DNA of 64,000 bases, taken from NCBI GenBank assembly GCA_963793265.1, contig CAWBZI010000004.1, forward strand, positions 512,001 through 576,000, written 5' to 3'. This document shows positions 51,378 through 61,059 of this stretch, in pieces; the stretch's first letter is position 1; every line of letters starts with the position of its first letter. The stretch comes from an uncultured cyanobacterium. GTDB lineage: Bacteria > Cyanobacteriota > Cyanobacteriia > Phormidesmidales > Phormidesmidaceae. A program made the position numbers and the translations under genes. Below the pieces are notes generated by a model. That model ran no database searches and had not been told where the DNA came from. It was given only the letters and a program-made list of their open reading frames with translations.

Positions 51378-51785
51378 ATGGGTCTATTTTCTCTTTCGGG
51401 CACACCACCTACCGATTTGGGTGTTACTGATGGCAAGCTCAAGAGCTGCCCTGATACGCCAAACTGTGTGAGTTCTCAAGCACCTGCTGATGATAAAGAA
51501 CATGTGATCGCTCCCTTTTCATATACGGGTTCTGCCTCAGAGGCGATCGCCCGCCTTAAGCAAATCATCGAAGGCATGGAGCGCTCTACCATTAACAAGG
51601 TCACCGATGACTATCTCTATGCTGAATTCTCTAGTAAGCTAATGGGCTTTGTAGACGACGTGGAGTTTTATGCACCGCCGGGTGAGTCGGTTATCCACAC
51701 GCGCACGGCTGCTCGCATGGGCAAGTCTGACCTGGGCGTAAATCGCAAGCGCACTGAAGAGATTCGCGCAAAGTTTGAAGCCTAA
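51378..51785 (+). CDS. DUF1499 protein
   Basis: CPDTPNCV, MGFVDDVEF, RMGKSDLGVNRKR. Confidence 0.9.
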   Translation: MGLFSLSGTPPTDLGVTDGKLKSCPDTPNCVSSQAPADDKEHVIAPFSYTGSASEAIARLKQIIEGMERSTINKVTDDYLYAEFSSKLMGFVDDVEFYAPPGESVIHTRTAARMGKSDLGVNRKRTEEIRAKFEA

Positions 51786-51862
51786 AAGTTTGAAGCCTAA
51801 GCGTCGCTCTCGCTGTAGGATAAGTGAAGCTACAGCAAGCGCGTTTTTCCCAAGCAACTTTG

Positions 51863-53566
51863 ATGGTCAATACTATCGCAGCGGGGCATACAGCCCAAGC
51901 CTCAACTCGCAGGCCCGTTCCTTTATCGCTGAGCGATCGCGCCAAAGAAACTAACAACCAAGAGTTTGTACTAGCGGCGATAGACATTGGCACGAACTCG
52001 GTGCATATGGTGATAGCCAGCATTGATGCGGCTCTGCCTTCGTTTAATGTCATTGGCAAAGAGAAAGACACCGTTCGCTTAGGTGAGTTCTGTGAGGGAA
52101 CCGGGGCTTTAAGCGAAGAAGCGATGAGCCGCTGTATTGCCTCGCTCAAGCGGTGTGTAAAGGTTGCAGATAGGTTTAATGCGGACGATGTAGTTGCAGT
52201 TGCGACAAGTGCCGTGAGAGAAGCGGTTAACGGTCAAGACTTTATCGATCGCGTCAAGGCAGAAACGGGCCTTTCTATTAATTTAATTTCAGGAACAGAG
52301 GAAGCTCGGCGGATTTATCTGGGCGTGATTTCGGGCATGGAGCTAAAGAGCAAACCCCATGCGGTGATAGACATTGGCGGGGGCTCTACCGAAATTATTT
52401 TGGGGAGCGGTGGGCCGCCTGACTTCTTGAGCAGCAGTAAGGTAGGAGCCGTTCGCCTCAGCGCTAAGTTTGTTTCTACCGACCCGCTCAGCCGCAAAGA
52501 GTACGAATATTTGCAGGCTTATGTTCGTGGCGTCTTAGAGCCGAATATAGACCAGCTCAAAAGAAAGCTACAGAAGCGAATTCGCCATTCCGATGTAGCT
52601 GATGAGTCGCTCAGGCTAATTGGTACTTCTGGTTCTATTGAGTGTTTGGCTATTTTGTCTGCGATGGAGAAGACGGGTATCGAGCCTGATCCAATTAACG
52701 GATTTTTGCTGACCTATCGAGAACTTGCTTGGTGGGTGCGTCGTTTGCGCAAAATGGATTATTCTGAGCGGTTGGCGCTACCTGGAATGTCTGATCGGCG
52801 GGCGGAAATTATTGTGCCTGGCGCTATTATTTTGCAGACGGCAATGGAGCTGCTGGGCGTCGATCAGCTCAAAATTTGCGAACGCGCACTCAGAGAAGGC
52901 GTTGTTGTTGATTGGATGCTCACTCACGGTTTGATTGAAGATCGGATGGAGTTTCAAGATTCGGTACGCGACAGATCGGTAAGGAAGCTGGCTCGTAAAT
53001 ATAAGGCAGATGGCGATCGCGTGGCTCAATTTGCCACGTCACTGTTTGACCAAACTCAAGACGGTGTGCACAAACTGGGTTCGCTTGAAAGAGAATATCT
53101 GTGGGCCGCTGCTATGCTACACAACAGCGGTCATTACATTAGCCATTCGGCCCATCACAAGCACTCTTACTACCTCATTCGCAATGGCGGTTTGTTAGGG
53201 TTTACCGAAACAGAAGTCGAGATTATTGCAAATATTGCTCGCTACCATCGCAAGAGCTTGCCTAAGCGGCGACATGAGGGCTATAACAATTTGCCGACAA
53301 AGCATGACCGGCAGGTGGTTGATCAGCTTGGGGCGATATTGCGAGTAGCGGTGGCTTTGGATCGAGGGAGGAGTGGGGCGATCGCGAACCTTGAAACCCA
53401 TCACGATCGGAGTGCAGGTGCGATCACGATAACCATCACACCCGTTCGTGCCGACAACAACTGTGAATTAGAGCTGTGGAACATTAACTATAAAAAAGAG
53501 TGGTTTGAAGAAGTTTTTGGACTTAAGCTCAAGGCCCAGCTAGCATCGCATAGCTCTCATGATTAA
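51863..53566 (+). CDS. ppx: Ppx/GppA exopolyphosphatase
   Basis: AAIDIGTNS, ATSAVREA, DIGGGSTE, C-terminal HD-like domain; likely ATG at 51863. Confidence 0.93.
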   Translation: MVNTIAAGHTAQASTRRPVPLSLSDRAKETNNQEFVLAAIDIGTNSVHMVIASIDAALPSFNVIGKEKDTVRLGEFCEGTGALSEEAMSRCIASLKRCVKVADRFNADDVVAVATSAVREAVNGQDFIDRVKAETGLSINLISGTEEARRIYLGVISGMELKSKPHAVIDIGGGSTEIILGSGGPPDFLSSSKVGAVRLSAKFVSTDPLSRKEYEYLQAYVRGVLEPNIDQLKRKLQKRIRHSDVADESLRLIGTSGSIECLAILSAMEKTGIEPDPINGFLLTYRELAWWVRRLRKMDYSERLALPGMSDRRAEIIVPGAIILQTAMELLGVDQLKICERALREGVVVDWMLTHGLIEDRMEFQDSVRDRSVRKLARKYKADGDRVAQFATSLFDQTQDGVHKLGSLEREYLWAAAMLHNSGHYISHSAHHKHSYYLIRNGGLLGFTETEVEIIANIARYHRKSLPKRRHEGYNNLPTKHDRQVVDQLGAILRVAVALDRGRSGAIANLETHHDRSAGAITITITPVRADNNCELELWNINYKKEWFEEVFGLKLKAQLASHSSHD

Positions 53567-53575
53567 TGGATGCTA

Positions 53576-53845
53576 CTACATTTGCGATAATAGCTTATCG
53601 TATTCTGCATGAGAGCCGATCCAAAACCAGACTATCGTGTCATTGCTTATCTGCCCCACGGCTCTATATCGTTTCCCAATACGAGCAGAGTAGATCGGTA
53701 GCTCCGTATGAACCATCTTGAATCTTAAACTAGGATGCCTCGGATTCTGTAAGAACTGTTGATAAGACTGGCGGGCTTGTCTCCTAATATCTGGAGGCAG
53801 TTTAGTCAGCATCTTACGGAACTTTGACGTTGTTTTAGACTTCAC
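53576..53845 (-). CDS. RelE/ParE-like toxin
   Basis: Basic protein with HPSLRFK, YSARIG..YRA, WFWIGSHAEYD; GTG start at 53845. Confidence 0.8.
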   Translation of the reverse strand: MKSKTTSKFRKMLTKLPPDIRRQARQSYQQFLQNPRHPSLRFKMVHTELPIYSARIGKRYRAVGQISNDTIVWFWIGSHAEYDKLLSQM

Positions 53846-54059
53846 GTTTGTCTGCATCTAAGTCTTGCGTAAGACCAGCTTCATGTTCAGCCACCGCCTC
53901 AGCACCGAGCCTAGCTAGCAAATCTTGCGAGTTAGCAAACTGGGCATCCCACTTCTCTTCATCTTCTAGCTCTTCTAGAATTAGAGACGCGATCGCATTT
54001 TGCTTATCAGCATCAAAAGTCTGTAGTTGCTCAATCACACGTTCTAAAAGCTCGGTCAT
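53835..54059 (-). CDS. Putative antitoxin
   Basis: Small acidic protein upstream of and overlapping the toxin. Confidence 0.75.
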   Translation of the reverse strand: MTELLERVIEQLQTFDADKQNAIASLILEELEDEEKWDAQFANSQDLLARLGAEAVAEHEAGLTQDLDADKREV

Positions 54060-54100
54060 AAAGATTTGCCAGCTATAACAACATACTCACTATATATCTT

Positions 54101-54823
54101 ATGAATTGGAATGCCACTTGCTACCAAGACCAGTACAGCTACGTTTGGGAAAATGGAGAAAGCCTGTTGGCTCAGCTTAAGCCTCAGCCGGGCGAGCATA
54201 TTCTAGATTTGGGCTGTGGTACAGGGCAGCTAGCGCAGCAGATTGCGAAAAGTGGTGCAGAGGTGATTGGGATAGATAGCGATCGCGCCATGATCACCCA
54301 AGCGCAAGCCAACTACCCGCACATCACCTTCCAGGTCGCTGACGCTGCCGACTTCCATCTCCAAAGCCCAGTAGATGCCGTGTTTTCAAATGCTGCACTT
54401 CACTGGGTCACTCAAGCAGAAGCCGCTGCCGCCTGTATTGCTGAGTCTCTTAAACCCGGCGGACGCTTTGTTGCAGAGTTAGGTGGTAAAGGCAATGTGC
54501 AAACGATCATTACCGCATTAGAAAAAGTGACCGGCAAGACTGATCTCAACCCTTGGTACTTTCCCGGCTTAGGCGAGTATGTAAGACTGTTGGAGCAATC
54601 GGGACTAGAAGTTGTGTATGCGAATTTATTTGATAGGCCAACGCCGCTGAAAGCCGGTGTAGGTGGATGGTTAGAGATGTTTAGTCAACGCTTTTTTGCC
54701 GATCTTTCTAGCGAAGAATGGACGGCGATTGTAAGGGCAGTAGAAATAGAAGCTAGCGAACTGTATAAAGAGGGTACATGGGTCGCTGACTACAGACGGC
54801 TGAGAGTATTAGCCGTGAGATAA
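54101..54823 (+). CDS. Class I SAM methyltransferase (Tam-like)
   Basis: LDLGCGTG, FSNAALHW, ADYRRLR. Confidence 0.9.
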   Translation: MNWNATCYQDQYSYVWENGESLLAQLKPQPGEHILDLGCGTGQLAQQIAKSGAEVIGIDSDRAMITQAQANYPHITFQVADAADFHLQSPVDAVFSNAALHWVTQAEAAAACIAESLKPGGRFVAELGGKGNVQTIITALEKVTGKTDLNPWYFPGLGEYVRLLEQSGLEVVYANLFDRPTPLKAGVGGWLEMFSQRFFADLSSEEWTAIVRAVEIEASELYKEGTWVADYRRLRVLAVR

Positions 54824-54827
54824 GGCT

Positions 54828-56069
54828 TTAGTCGCTGCCTATGCTTTCAACCAAACTGCGATACAGCGTCGAAAACAGCAGTTCATCAATGCCTTGCTCG
54901 TTATTCCAGGTTGCTGTGACGCAGAATGAGTGACCCTGCTTGTCTGTTAGGTGAGTTGTAAAGTTCTCAACGCCTGGCTCTGAGCCGCCTTTGAAAGAAA
55001 CGTTTGCCCACTCACTCGGATCTATCAAACCTGGGTTGACGCTCATCAACGGTAGATCAGCAACAGATTCCATGGCGTCACATAGTTCATTTGCGGTGAA
55101 AAACCACTCTATATCAATTGCCTGAGGGCCGCTGTTAAAGATGCCGACGCTGGGTAGAGGCAGCGCTGCTAAGGCAGAAAGAAACGTGCGTTTTTCCCGA
55201 CTGCGCCGCCAGCGTCTCAGTACGCTAATGTTAGCAGGATCTTTAAGTACAAAGGCTTCTCGGGTCGTGAGAAAAGGTTGGTTTCGTTCTGAGAGAGCTT
55301 CTACGGCTTCGCGGCCAACAATATGCAGCAGGTGATCGGTTGCGGTGTTGTCGCTCTGCGAGATCATTAGCGTGGCTAAGCTTTCTATAGTTAGCCGAGA
55401 GCCTTCCGGCCAACTTTGCAAAAAGCCACTTGGCAGGCTTTTCCACTCGTCTCGAATCTCAACAACTTCGTCCCACTGATGCCGGTCAGCCGCGATTTGT
55501 TCGCGCAGTGCCTGCAAAATGATTAGCTTAAAAGTAGACCCGACAGCTAGCGCTTCATTGCTGTTTAATGCGGCAACTTCTTCTCCATCGCGAGTCGCCA
55601 ATACATGAATCTTTCCAGGCAATGCCTTGAGCGCCGCTAGCGCGTCTTCTAGAGAAACTGCACTCAACTGAGGTGTCTCAAACAGCAGTCCTGTAATTTG
55701 CCCCTGCGTATTAGCTGCTAAATGAGTGGCTACTGTACCGCGCTCAAAGGTCAGCACAAAGCCATTATCTACGTCTTCTATGCTCTGATAGGTGCCGATG
55801 CTGCCTTCTATTCCCTGAATGATTTGGGAGATTTCAGCAAGAGAAATTTGGGCTAAAAAGGAGTCTGCAAACCATACCGTTTGTAGCTCAGGTTCTGTGA
55901 AAAGCCGAGAGAGTACTTCTGTTGGTGGCACTGTTTTTGCCGGTGAGACTGTACGTTGAGCAATAATTTGGCCTTGGGACTGAGTGACAATGGGCTGAGC
56001 TAGCGCGATCGCCTCCCCGCCAGCGCCCCACAGCGCAAGAGCCAAACACAGTCCCAACAATAAGCGCAT
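54828..56069 (-). CDS. Serine hydrolase, class A beta-lactamase-like
   Basis: STFK, SDN and KGG motifs; signal peptide; extra N-terminal domain. Confidence 0.88.
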   Translation of the reverse strand: MRLLLGLCLALALWGAGGEAIALAQPIVTQSQGQIIAQRTVSPAKTVPPTEVLSRLFTEPELQTVWFADSFLAQISLAEISQIIQGIEGSIGTYQSIEDVDNGFVLTFERGTVATHLAANTQGQITGLLFETPQLSAVSLEDALAALKALPGKIHVLATRDGEEVAALNSNEALAVGSTFKLIILQALREQIAADRHQWDEVVEIRDEWKSLPSGFLQSWPEGSRLTIESLATLMISQSDNTATDHLLHIVGREAVEALSERNQPFLTTREAFVLKDPANISVLRRWRRSREKRTFLSALAALPLPSVGIFNSGPQAIDIEWFFTANELCDAMESVADLPLMSVNPGLIDPSEWANVSFKGGSEPGVENFTTHLTDKQGHSFCVTATWNNEQGIDELLFSTLYRSLVESIGSD

Positions 56070-56138
56070 TACAACGTATAGATAAAGATTGATACCAGAA
56101 CAATCATAAGCTCACCCCGCCCAATAGGCGATCCGGTC

Positions 56139-56726
56139 TTATGCAAACACGCCGCCATAGGCTTTTTGAACTTCAGCGGTAAAAGCCAGCTCAGCCGCTT
56201 CTACACCTGCTAAGTTCCACATGCCTCGCCCGACCCGAGTAGTCGCCGCTGAAACTGTCGCGCCCGTGAGCCAGGTGAGCGTATCTACAAATTCCATTCC
56301 GGCTTGGCTTGCCCCTATGCGACAGCCATACAGCAAGAGCTTAGGATCTAATATTCTAGAGACAGCAGCAGGCGCAGCCGGATCGCTGATGAACCACGTT
56401 TGAAGCTGTTCTACATAGTGGCCCAGTGTTTTTAGGCTTAGCTCGCCGCTGGTGAAGCGTAGAATGCCGGGAGAACCCGGTGTGACGAGATGTAGGCTGC
56501 TGATTGGAATGCTTGATTGATAGAGGGCGGCTGTAATTTGAGCGATCGCATCTTTTTGCCCATCTAACGCCAGCACCTCAGCACCCGGCAATACGCCGGA
56601 TACCAAAAGATCGCGATCGCCCACGCTAGGATCAATCGCCACTAACATCCCCTTGCCACTCCTGTTGCTATGAGGAGATAAATTAATAGTCACAATGATT
56701 GAACCACGGTAGAGAGCGAAAGGCAT
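56139..56726 (-). CDS. Stand-alone DUF4347 protein
   Basis: IDPSV, DAIAQI, LHLVTPGSPG, LLYGC, TGATVSA; start may be 56648. Confidence 0.8.
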   Translation of the reverse strand: MPFALYRGSIIVTINLSPHSNRSGKGMLVAIDPSVGDRDLLVSGVLPGAEVLALDGQKDAIAQITAALYQSSIPISSLHLVTPGSPGILRFTSGELSLKTLGHYVEQLQTWFISDPAAPAAVSRILDPKLLLYGCRIGASQAGMEFVDTLTWLTGATVSAATTRVGRGMWNLAGVEAAELAFTAEVQKAYGGVFA

Positions 56727-56919
56727 TTCCAGAATTCCCCGGTAGCCAAACCTTTTAAGCGCGTAGAGCTACCGAATAATTGCTGTTTTTTTGTGACAAG
56801 ACTTTAAAGAACGGCCTGTTGATGGCCACCGCCACCACACCTATGACCGTAAGGCCAGCGGCACATACTGTAATGATTGACTACAATCAAGCCAGCAATT
56901 ATCTTTTCATTTTTATCGA

Positions 56920-58101
56920 ATGCTCTATCGCCGCTTTGGTCGCACTGAACTGCAAATGCCTGTGTTTTCTTGCGGAGGAATGCGCTATCAGCACTCATGG
57001 CAAGACGTTGACCCTCAAGACATTCCTCGCAAAAATCAGGAAAATTTAGAGGCGACGATTCACCGATCTTTAGAACTCGGTATCAATCATATTGAAACGG
57101 CCAGAGGCTACGGAACCTCTGAAATTCAGCTCGGTAAGGTGCTGCCGACGTTCGATCGCGACAAGCTCATCATTCAAACCAAAGTCTCGCCTAAAGCTAA
57201 TCCCAAAGACTTTCTCGAAACCGTAGAACAATCTCTTTCCAACCTCAACGTAGACTATATCGATCTGCTAGGCTTCCACGGCATTAACAACGAAAAGACG
57301 CTAGAGAATACCGTCCGACCGGGCGGCTGCATGGAAGTAGCTAAGCAGTTGCAGGCGCAGGGCAAAGTTCGCCATTTAGGATTTTCTACCCACGGGCCTA
57401 CCCAGATTATTGTCGATGCGATCGCAACTAATCTCTTCGACTATGTAAACGTCCACTGGTACTACATTTTTCAAGACAACTGGCGCGCCATTGAAGCGGC
57501 GACCGAGCGCGATATGGGTGTCTTTATTATCAGCCCTTCAGACAAAGGCGGTCATTTGTATGCGCCACCGCAACGGCTGGTTGAGCTGTGCAAGCCCTTG
57601 AGTCCGATGGTGTTTAACGATTTGTTTTGTCTGAGCTATCCTCAAGTGCATACGCTGAGCTTAGGCGCATCGCAGCCTTCTGATTTTGATGAGCATTTGA
57701 AAGTGCTGCCGCTGGTTGATCAGGCTGACGAAGTGCTCGCACCGATTTTGGAGCGATTGGAGGAAAGGGCGATCTCAACTTTGGGTGAAAACTGGTATCG
57801 CACCTGGCAAAAGGGACTGCCCGATATTCAAGCCACCCCAGGAAACGTCAATATCGCGATCGCCCTCTGGCTTGGCAACCTGGCCGAAGCGTTTGACATG
57901 ACCGAATACGCTCAGGCCCGCTACAACCTACTCGGCGGTGCAAGCCACTGGTTCCCCGGCAACCGCGCCGATAACCTCAGCAGTCTGGATCTCACTGAAA
58001 GCCTGCGCAACAGTCCTCACGCCACCGAAATTCCTCAGCGCCTCGCGAAGATCCATGAGATGCTAGGCGGCAAAGCAGTCAAGCGCCTATCACAGCAGTA
58101 A
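56920..58101 (+). CDS. Aldo/keto reductase
   Basis: YRRFGRT, HIETARGYG, LGFSTHG. Confidence 0.9.
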   Translation: MLYRRFGRTELQMPVFSCGGMRYQHSWQDVDPQDIPRKNQENLEATIHRSLELGINHIETARGYGTSEIQLGKVLPTFDRDKLIIQTKVSPKANPKDFLETVEQSLSNLNVDYIDLLGFHGINNEKTLENTVRPGGCMEVAKQLQAQGKVRHLGFSTHGPTQIIVDAIATNLFDYVNVHWYYIFQDNWRAIEAATERDMGVFIISPSDKGGHLYAPPQRLVELCKPLSPMVFNDLFCLSYPQVHTLSLGASQPSDFDEHLKVLPLVDQADEVLAPILERLEERAISTLGENWYRTWQKGLPDIQATPGNVNIAIALWLGNLAEAFDMTEYAQARYNLLGGASHWFPGNRADNLSSLDLTESLRNSPHATEIPQRLAKIHEMLGGKAVKRLSQQ

Positions 58102-58122
58102 CCTCTCCCCACACATCCTCTC

Positions 58123-58947
58123 ATGGTTGCCCACGCCGCAAAATATCAGGGCCAAGCTGCCCTTTTGTCCAAAGAGCTACTCGCCTACTACCGTGAAGTT
58201 AGCCGCTCACCGCTCACCGTCGTAGACCTTGAAACCACCGGCTCGCTCGGTCATAACGCTCGTGCTATCGAAGTCTCTATCATCCACGCCAGCCTCGCAG
58301 ATGGCATCGAGCACCAGCGCACTCACCTGATCAATCCAAAGGTCAAGATTCCTGAGTTCATTACCAAAATCACTGGCATCACCCCGGAGATGGTGTATCC
58401 GTCGCCACCGCCTGAAGAAATTTGGCCGCTGTGTTTAGATGATTTGCAGGGGGGCGATCGCACGTTCACCGCCCACAACATAGATTTCGACTACGCCTTT
58501 GTCCGCTCCGAATACAAGCGCCTCGGCGTCCGCTTCTACAAGCCGCCTATGCAAAAGCTCTGTACCGTCATCCTCTCTAGAATGCTGCTGGCCGATCTGC
58601 CCTCCCGCAGACTCCCCGATCTCGTTAAACATTTCAACTTCGATATCAGCACCTCCCACCGCGCTGAAGCCGACACCAGGGCTTGCTGGCTACTGGCTGA
58701 ACTGCTGCTCACTCAAGTTCAAAACGAAGACGACGATACCTTAATCAAGCGCTTTGGGCAGCAGTGGATTCGACTGCGAGATGCGGCTAAAATCTTGAAC
58801 TGCCGTAAAGAAGAGGCTCAGATTAAGCTGGATGCGGCTCAAGTGGAAAGCCGCCTTTCGTTCAAGGGCAAGACACCTATGTATCGTCGCTGGGGTGTGG
58901 AGCAGTTTTACTATGAACATCAAGGACAGCAAATGTCACTTCTTTAG
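58123..58947 (+). CDS. DEDDh 3'-5' exonuclease (DnaQ/PolC-like)
   Basis: DLETTG, AHNIDFD, HRAEAD. Confidence 0.9.
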   Translation: MVAHAAKYQGQAALLSKELLAYYREVSRSPLTVVDLETTGSLGHNARAIEVSIIHASLADGIEHQRTHLINPKVKIPEFITKITGITPEMVYPSPPPEEIWPLCLDDLQGGDRTFTAHNIDFDYAFVRSEYKRLGVRFYKPPMQKLCTVILSRMLLADLPSRRLPDLVKHFNFDISTSHRAEADTRACWLLAELLLTQVQNEDDDTLIKRFGQQWIRLRDAAKILNCRKEEAQIKLDAAQVESRLSFKGKTPMYRRWGVEQFYYEHQGQQMSLL

Positions 58948-59016
58948 ACCGCTCTTTGACTTATCTGCGATCGCCATTAACTGATAAGCTGTTACCAAAT
59001 TAGTCTATATGTACTA

Positions 59017-59511
59017 ATGACCAAGAACCTTATCGCTACCCAGTTCTCTATTAACGAGCTGACCGGACGCATTTTAGAGATGGCTCAGTCGGGCGTTTAC
59101 CGGGAGTCGCTGTTTGAAACGTTTCGCCCAATGGCGACTAAAAAGCAGGTGCGCGCGTCGATTGCGATCGCCAAACAGTTTGGCCTGCACTCTGATCCTT
59201 CACTTCGCGACTCAGAACTCGGCACCTATTACCAAGTCGATCCGGCGAAGGTTGCATCTTTTCAGTCCGCTATTCAAAGCTCAGTGATGCTAAGCGTGGG
59301 TGACGATATGGCGCAGCGCCTTCAGATTGCAACGCGGACGGTGAAGCTAATGCTGGTGGTGTCAGGGATGAGTGCGATCGCACTTCTACTAATAGGCGCA
59401 AGCTATGTCCTTGCCGGACAGTCAGAAGCCGCTGCCGTTTGGTGGACAAGCGCCCTATGTGCGGGTGGAATTTGGCTATGGCAAAAGAGTGTCGCTAAGC
59501 CGCTGCTGTGA
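59017..59511 (+). CDS. Hypothetical protein with two C-terminal TM helices
   Basis: 164-aa ORF with a hydrophobic C-terminus. Confidence 0.72.
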   Translation: MTKNLIATQFSINELTGRILEMAQSGVYRESLFETFRPMATKKQVRASIAIAKQFGLHSDPSLRDSELGTYYQVDPAKVASFQSAIQSSVMLSVGDDMAQRLQIATRTVKLMLVVSGMSAIALLLIGASYVLAGQSEAAAVWWTSALCAGGIWLWQKSVAKPLL

Positions 59512-59517
59512 GGATCG

Positions 59518-59589
59518 CTGCAATCCTACTCACTGCAATCCTACTCACTGCAATCCTACTCACTGCAATCCTACTCACTGCGATCCTAC
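59518..59589 (+). repeat. 15-bp tandem repeat (CTGCAATCCTACTCA) x4 plus a partial copy
   Basis: Read directly; lies between two convergent stop codons. Confidence 0.95.
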
Positions 59590-59921
59590 ATAGATTTCAT
59601 GCCCCAAAAGCTCACCCACACAACGGCGTGCCATTTGGGCACTTCATCGCGTTCAGCAATGCGCCCAGCCTGCTTATCTACTTTAGAAATCGCATCGGCG
59701 CTACAGCAGTCTTCTAAAATAATAGTCTCCACTGAAAACAGCGACTGACCGTAGGGAATAACATCGCCAACTCTCGGCATCGTCGAACTACGAAGGTACC
59801 AGTTAAGCTGACCCGCGGGCGCTTGGCGAGCTGTCTCTTGGCCCTGGTCGGGAAAGTAAAGCACCTTACAAAGGTATGGAAATCGCCTTTCTAAGGCGGC
59901 TGATCTTGTAGTGTTTCTCAT
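59586..59921 (-). CDS. Hypothetical protein
   Basis: 111-aa ATG-started ORF with an upstream intergenic gap. Confidence 0.6.
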   Translation of the reverse strand: MRNTTRSAALERRFPYLCKVLYFPDQGQETARQAPAGQLNWYLRSSTMPRVGDVIPYGQSLFSVETIILEDCCSADAISKVDKQAGRIAERDEVPKWHAVVWVSFWGMKSM

Positions 59922-60090
59922 AATTCATTGTGCAAGCGGCAACATAGCTGCGTAAATACGCTTAGGCTAGCTATACGAAATTCATAATGTTTTACCGGCA
60001 AAGTTAAGGGTTTTGTAAATATAGTACGGAGTGTCTATTTAACGTGAAGCTCTTTCATCTACGCCAAATTTACGCCGTCTGAATGCGCCT

Positions 60091-61020
60091 ATGTTTCTCC
60101 TTCTACAAGAGGCGGCTAACTCCTCCGTTAAACTCAGCGATCCGGTGATTAGAATCAATTTGATTCGCTCGGCTGTTGGCCTAGCCATCATCATTGCGCT
60201 GCGTATCGGCATCACGCGAATTATCAACAATCAGATCAAGAACCCCCGGCTGCGCTACTCGTGGCGTAAGTGGCTAGGCTATTTGTGCTACAGCTTCTAC
60301 GGCTTTGCGGTGACGGTGCTGTGGCTGCCCTCTTTTGATGGACTGCCTACTTTTTTAGGTCTATTTGCCGCTGGTTTGGCCGTTGTCTTACGAGATCCGC
60401 TGGTTAATGTTGTCGGCTGGCTGTTTATTTTGTGGCGACAGCCGTTTCGGATGGGCGATCGCATTCAGCTTGGCACCCACTCTGGCGATGTGATCAATAT
60501 CGGTCTATTTCAGTTCACGCTGATGGAGATTGGGAACTGGGTAGATACCGATCAGAGCACAGGGCGGATTATTCATTTGCCTAACGGCCAGATCTTCCAG
60601 AATGCGATCGCTAACTATTCTCAAGGCTTCAAATATATCTGGCACGAAATCCCGGTGCTTATCACCTTTGAAAGCGACTGGGAGGCGGCCAAAGCCATTC
60701 TGTTTACTCAGGTCAACACCCATGCCGCGCACCTCAGCGGCACTGCCGAAGAGCATCTGCGCAAAGCCGATCATAAATACATGATCTTTTACTCCAAGCT
60801 CACGCCGACGGTCTATACCACTGTTAAAGAGAGCGGCATTTTACTGACTATGCGCTACCTGTGCGAACCCCGACGGCGACGGGGGTCAGAGCAAGTCTTA
60901 TGGGAGAACGTCTTGCGGGAGTTTGCCAAAAATCCTGATATTTCGCTGGCCTATCCCACTCAGCGCTTTTTTACAACGGCTGTAGATGTGAACGCGCCCG
61001 CTACACCGAAGACGAGATAG
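60091..61020 (+). CDS. MscS mechanosensitive channel
   Basis: PFRMGDRI, GDVINIG, LPNG, AYPT. Confidence 0.9.
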   Translation: MFLLLQEAANSSVKLSDPVIRINLIRSAVGLAIIIALRIGITRIINNQIKNPRLRYSWRKWLGYLCYSFYGFAVTVLWLPSFDGLPTFLGLFAAGLAVVLRDPLVNVVGWLFILWRQPFRMGDRIQLGTHSGDVINIGLFQFTLMEIGNWVDTDQSTGRIIHLPNGQIFQNAIANYSQGFKYIWHEIPVLITFESDWEAAKAILFTQVNTHAAHLSGTAEEHLRKADHKYMIFYSKLTPTVYTTVKESGILLTMRYLCEPRRRRGSEQVLWENVLREFAKNPDISLAYPTQRFFTTAVDVNAPATPKTR

Positions 61021-61059
61021 TGAAATAATAAAGTGGTGTGTGAGTAGGATCTAAAAATT

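Noticed and set aside
54828..56069. Beta-lactam resistance gene
   Set aside because: It has the fold motifs, but KGG replaces KTG and it carries an extra N-terminal domain. Resistance activity cannot be supported from sequence.
59405..59717. ORFs with CNPTH or AILLT repeats, as a possible RiPP precursor or CRISPR
   Set aside because: They are translations of the 15-bp tandem repeat and overlap real genes. There are no spacers, cas genes or adjacent modification enzymes.
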